In this document: positions 33,585-37,312 of the stretch, piece after piece
Numbering within the stretch: the first letter of the stretch is position 1
Layout: every line of letters starts with the position of its first letter
DNA from: Chiloscyllium plagiosum
Taxonomy: Eukaryota
Length of the DNA: 37,312 nucleotides
NCBI RefSeq assembly: GCF_004010195.1
Contig: NC_057753.1
Coordinates: forward strand, 14,870,751-14,908,062
Direction of reading: 5' to 3'
The notes under the pieces: model-generated
The model's database searches: none
Told to the model about the DNA's origin: nothing
The model's input: the letters and a program-made list of their open reading frames with translations, nothing else
Made by a program: the position numbers and the translations under genes

Positions 33585-33775
33585 TGTTGAAACTTTATTG
33601 CTGGAACAGCACAGCAGGTCAGGCAGCATCCAGGGAACAGGAGATTCGACGTTTCGGGCACAGGCCCTTCTTCAACGTCGAATCTCCTGTTCCCTGGATG
33701 CTGCCTGACCTGCTGTGCTGTTCCAGCAATAAAGTTTCAACTTTGATCTCCAGCATCTGCAGACCTCACTTTCTC
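33585..33775. mobile_element. young Penelope-derived foldback insertion (perfect 68-bp inverted arms, 16-bp TSD)
   Basis: Arms 33586-33653 and 33674-33741 are exact reverse complements. CATGTTGCTGAGACAG occurs at 33569-33584 and 33776-33791. Confidence 0.92.
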
Positions 33776-33789
33776 CATGTTGCTGAGAC

Positions 33790-33862
33790 AGCCGATTGGC
33801 GCATCGAAAGCGTGTTGAGACTTTAACTTTGAGGTGGCAAGGTTCCAAACTTCGTTTTCCTG
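33790..33862 (+). pseudogene. degenerate initiator tRNA-Met
   Basis: AGCCGATTGGCGCATCGAAAGCGTGTTGAGACTTTAACTTTGAGGTGG aligns without gaps to the 5' two-thirds of tRNA-iMet. Confidence 0.7.
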
Positions 33863-36264
33863 TTTGGATCAGTGTTTTTGACATTGCAGTAGCAGCTGCT
33901 TTTGCTCGCATCAGCTCAGAATCCGCTTCTTGTTCCCAGTAAATATTGCAAAATGGAGAAGGTGGTGTTGTGGTTATATAATAAATTAGTCATCCTTGGG
34001 GACTCAGACACGGAATGGTAATGCTAAAGTTCGATGAATAAAACCTAGAATTAAAGCCTGACCTCAGGAACATAGAACATGCCTTTAATTTCCTGCTATC
34101 GCGTTCATGCATGTTCCTTAAGCAGGGGATGCTACTGTCTTTCCCCAATCCTGCCTACTTGTGGCTCCAGGTCCAGAACAACATAGCTGACCCTTAATCA
34201 GAGAATGCTGATCGTGTGGCGAAGCAGGCCATTCGGCCCTTGCAGTCGACACCATCCCTCCGAAGCACATCCTATCAGACCCACACTGCATACCTCTTCG
34301 TTTCCCCCTTCATTTCTCATGGCTGATCCCAGTAACCTGCACACCTTCAGACTGTGGGAGGAAACTTACACAAGCAAAGAGAGAATTTGCACACAGTCAC
34401 ACCAGACTGGGATAAAATCCATGTTTCTCATGCAGCAAGACAGCAGCGAATCAGGAAGAACAACAAATGCTGTCCTGATCGGTGACATCCACACTCTGTG
34501 GGTATATCAGGAAGAATAAAAATACATTCACAACATGGACAACGGGACTTGCGACTGCGAGGACATGATTTGAACCAATCGTTCCCCCTTGGGTAGATAC
34601 AAGGACACCGATATCACAGAGAAACCAGGGAAATGCGAGATTCAGTTGACTGCTGAAGTGGAAACTCATTTATTCAGTCAAACTGGGGACAGACTGTTCA
34701 ACAGTCCCGTGTGTGGAAAGGGCTCAGTGAGCAAACGAACCTCCGGAGTAACCAACAAGATTACATATCGGAGAAGGAGATCAACTAAACTGACAATGCT
34801 GCTGTTTATCACAACCAGCTGCCATTTCCATAGACTCATAGTCATAGACTCACGCAGCATGGAAACAGGCCTTTCACTCCTAATAGCTCATGCTGAACAT
34901 CATGCCAAACTAAAAGAGTCGCATCTGACGGCTCCTGTAACTGCTGAGGCTTAATTATGCACTCGTGATATTATTACTGCATTGTTAATGGGAATGTCCA
35001 GATATAATTCTGTGGACACGGGTTCAAATCCTGCATGGCAGATGCTGGAATTTTATTTCAATAAATACCGAGAGCTGAAGAGTATAATGATGATGTTGAA
35101 TTAGTTGTTGTAGATCTGATTCACTAATGCCTGATAGGGAAGGAAACTGCCATACCTATCTGGTCTGGCTGGGATGTGATTCCAGATCCAAAAGATCGTG
35201 GTAGATTCTGAACTGCTCGATGGGCAATAAATAATGGACTGGGCATGAATGAATGGCTTTTGTAATCCCACTGAAACTTTCCAATTCATTTATCGATCTA
35301 ACTATTCTGTAAATGTTGTAAATTTCCTTTCATTCATTACTGCCTCAGGAAGTGAATTGCACACATGAACCATCCTCTATTAAAAAAGCCTCTCATGTCT
35401 TATTTTAAATCTCTCTCTTTTGACCTTAAACATTTGCCCTCTCGTCTAAAAGTCCACCTCCTTGGAGAAAAGACAGTTACAGTTAACTCTATCCGAACTC
35501 TTAATAGTCTATAACTTTCTATCATGTCACCTTTCAAGCTCCCGTGTTCGAGAGAAAATATTCTCAGCTTATCTAGCCTTTCATTATAACTCAAACCTTC
35601 CCCACTAGCAATATGCTGGTATACCTCTTCTAAACCTACTCCAGCTGAATAAATTCCTTGCTATTACTGGGCGACAAGAATTGGACGCAGTATTGAAGAA
35701 GACGCCTCACCCAATGTCCTATTCAACTTCAACATCATGTACCAACTCCTACGCTCAAAGGACTGAGCAAGGAAGGCAAGAAGACATTTTTTAACCATTC
35801 TGTCTATATGTGAAACAAACGAAAAAGAATTATGTACCTGCATCCCCGGCCACCGTGTTCCATAACAATATGCAACGCCCTATCACAAAAAGCAAAATTG
35901 GAGTAGGCTTTCACGAATTTCTGAAGGTGATTGCACAAGGGATCAAGTGGTCTCGAGGGCTTAGAGATACATTCTGTTCTTGACCGGAGGTGGGAATATA
36001 AGAGCAGGGAAGTGATGCTAGAACTTTTGCAACTGCCCTTTCAGAGAAGATTCAGAGGACCGGCCACAAGTCTGGTCATTGCATTAATCTTTTTTTTCGG
36101 AGTAATGATAAAATAAAGGATGGAGGGCTGAAATAGACCATGTGGCCGATCAAGTCTGGGTCAGAACTCCATCAGATCTTCGCTGACAATGCCCCAAGTC
36201 AGGCTGGCACGTTCCTTGGAGGGGAACCTGCAGATGGAGTCATTCGATGCATAAGTCCAAAAGA

Positions 36265-37312
36265 CAATAGGAGCAGGAATTAAACTATTCAGCGCAGTGA
36301 GTCTGCTCTGCCATTAAATCATGGCAGATATCTTTCTAAAGCCAATTCTCCTGCTTTCGCCCCATAAACCTTGATCCTCTTGGCAACCACGCTGCGACAT
36401 ATCTCAGTCTTGCATACAATCAAAGACCTGGCTTTCGCAGCCTTATCTGATAATGAATTCCATACATTCACCACTTCCTACCTAAATAAGTGTCTCTTAT
36501 TACTTTTCTCAAATGTCTTCCCTTTTCTCCAAGGCCGTGCCTTTCGGTTCTAGTCTCTACTAAAAATGGAAACACCTTCCCAGCATCCACTCTGTCCAGG
36601 CCATTCACGATTCTATAAGTACCAATTAGACTTCTGCTTATCCTTCTGAACTTCGTGGGTATAGACCCAGAGTCCTCAAACGTTCCTCATGTGTCAAGCT
36701 TTTCATTCCTGGGACCATAATCGTGAATCACCTCTGAACACACCCGAGGACCAGTGCACCCTTCCTGAAATTTGAGGACCAAACGTGCGCACAGTAATCC
36801 AGATGTGGTCTGACTGGACCCTTATAGAGCCTCGGAAGTGCATCCCTGCTTTTATATTCAAGTATTCCAAAAATAAATGTCATCATTGCAATTATCTTCC
36901 TAACTACAGATTCGACCTGCAAGTTCACCTTGAGAGAATCCTGGGCTAAGGCTCTCAAGTATCTTTGCACTCCAGACATGTGAACTTTCGCCACATTTCG
37001 ACAATAGTCCGTATCTTTATTCTTCCTGCCAAAGTGCATAGCCTCACACTTTCCCACAGTTTGCTCCATCTGCCATGTAATTGTCCACTCTCCCGAAATG
37101 TCCATATCCTTCTGCAGCATCCCCGCCTTCTCATGCTACCAGTCCTTCTGTCTTTGCATTGTCTGCAAATTGACACACATTGCCCTCAGGTATTTTATCT
37201 AGATCGCTAATGGAGACAATGAAAAGTTGTGGTCCCAACACAGTCTTGAGGAACGCCACTTGTCACCAGCTGCAAACTTGAGAAGTATTCTTTTGTTCCT
37301 AATCACTGCATT
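36265..37312 (-). mobile_element. CR1 LINE 3' fragment (RT C-terminus and 3' UTR), running off the window
   Basis: Peptide LQKDMD...WQME..VGKCEAMHFGRKN...QRYLRAL...LYKGPVRPHLDYCAHVWS. Confidence 0.92.

Overview
Eukaryotic genomic DNA, almost certainly from a cartilaginous fish (shark). This is inferred from HE1/V-SINE, SacSINE1-like SINE, CR1/HER1 LINE and Penelope-like repeats. There are four N gaps; two are exactly 500 N and are probably scaffolding joins. (1) 1-8032 is GC-rich and minisatellite-dense. It holds four internal exons of PARP2 (WGR domain) with canonical GT-AG sites and consistent phases; no later PARP2 exons were recognised after the 500-N gap. (2) 8533-37312 is AT-rich with no intact gene. 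It contains four diverged copies, in both orientations, of a multi-kb unit carrying decayed tRNA-iMet, tRNA-His and tRNA-Asp genes (a fossil tRNA array). It also has many CR1 and SINE relics and at least six Penelope-like insertions, several with target-site duplications (TSDs), inverted arms and minimal hammerhead-ribozyme cores at their breakpoints. Two non-repetitive islands (about 16.6-20.1 kb and 29.0-31.2 kb) look like compact, decayed protein-coding sequence of unrecognised family, possibly endogenised DNA-virus or Maverick-like cargo; that origin is inference only. Repeat boundaries are approximate and read by eye, and reference sequences were recalled from memory.
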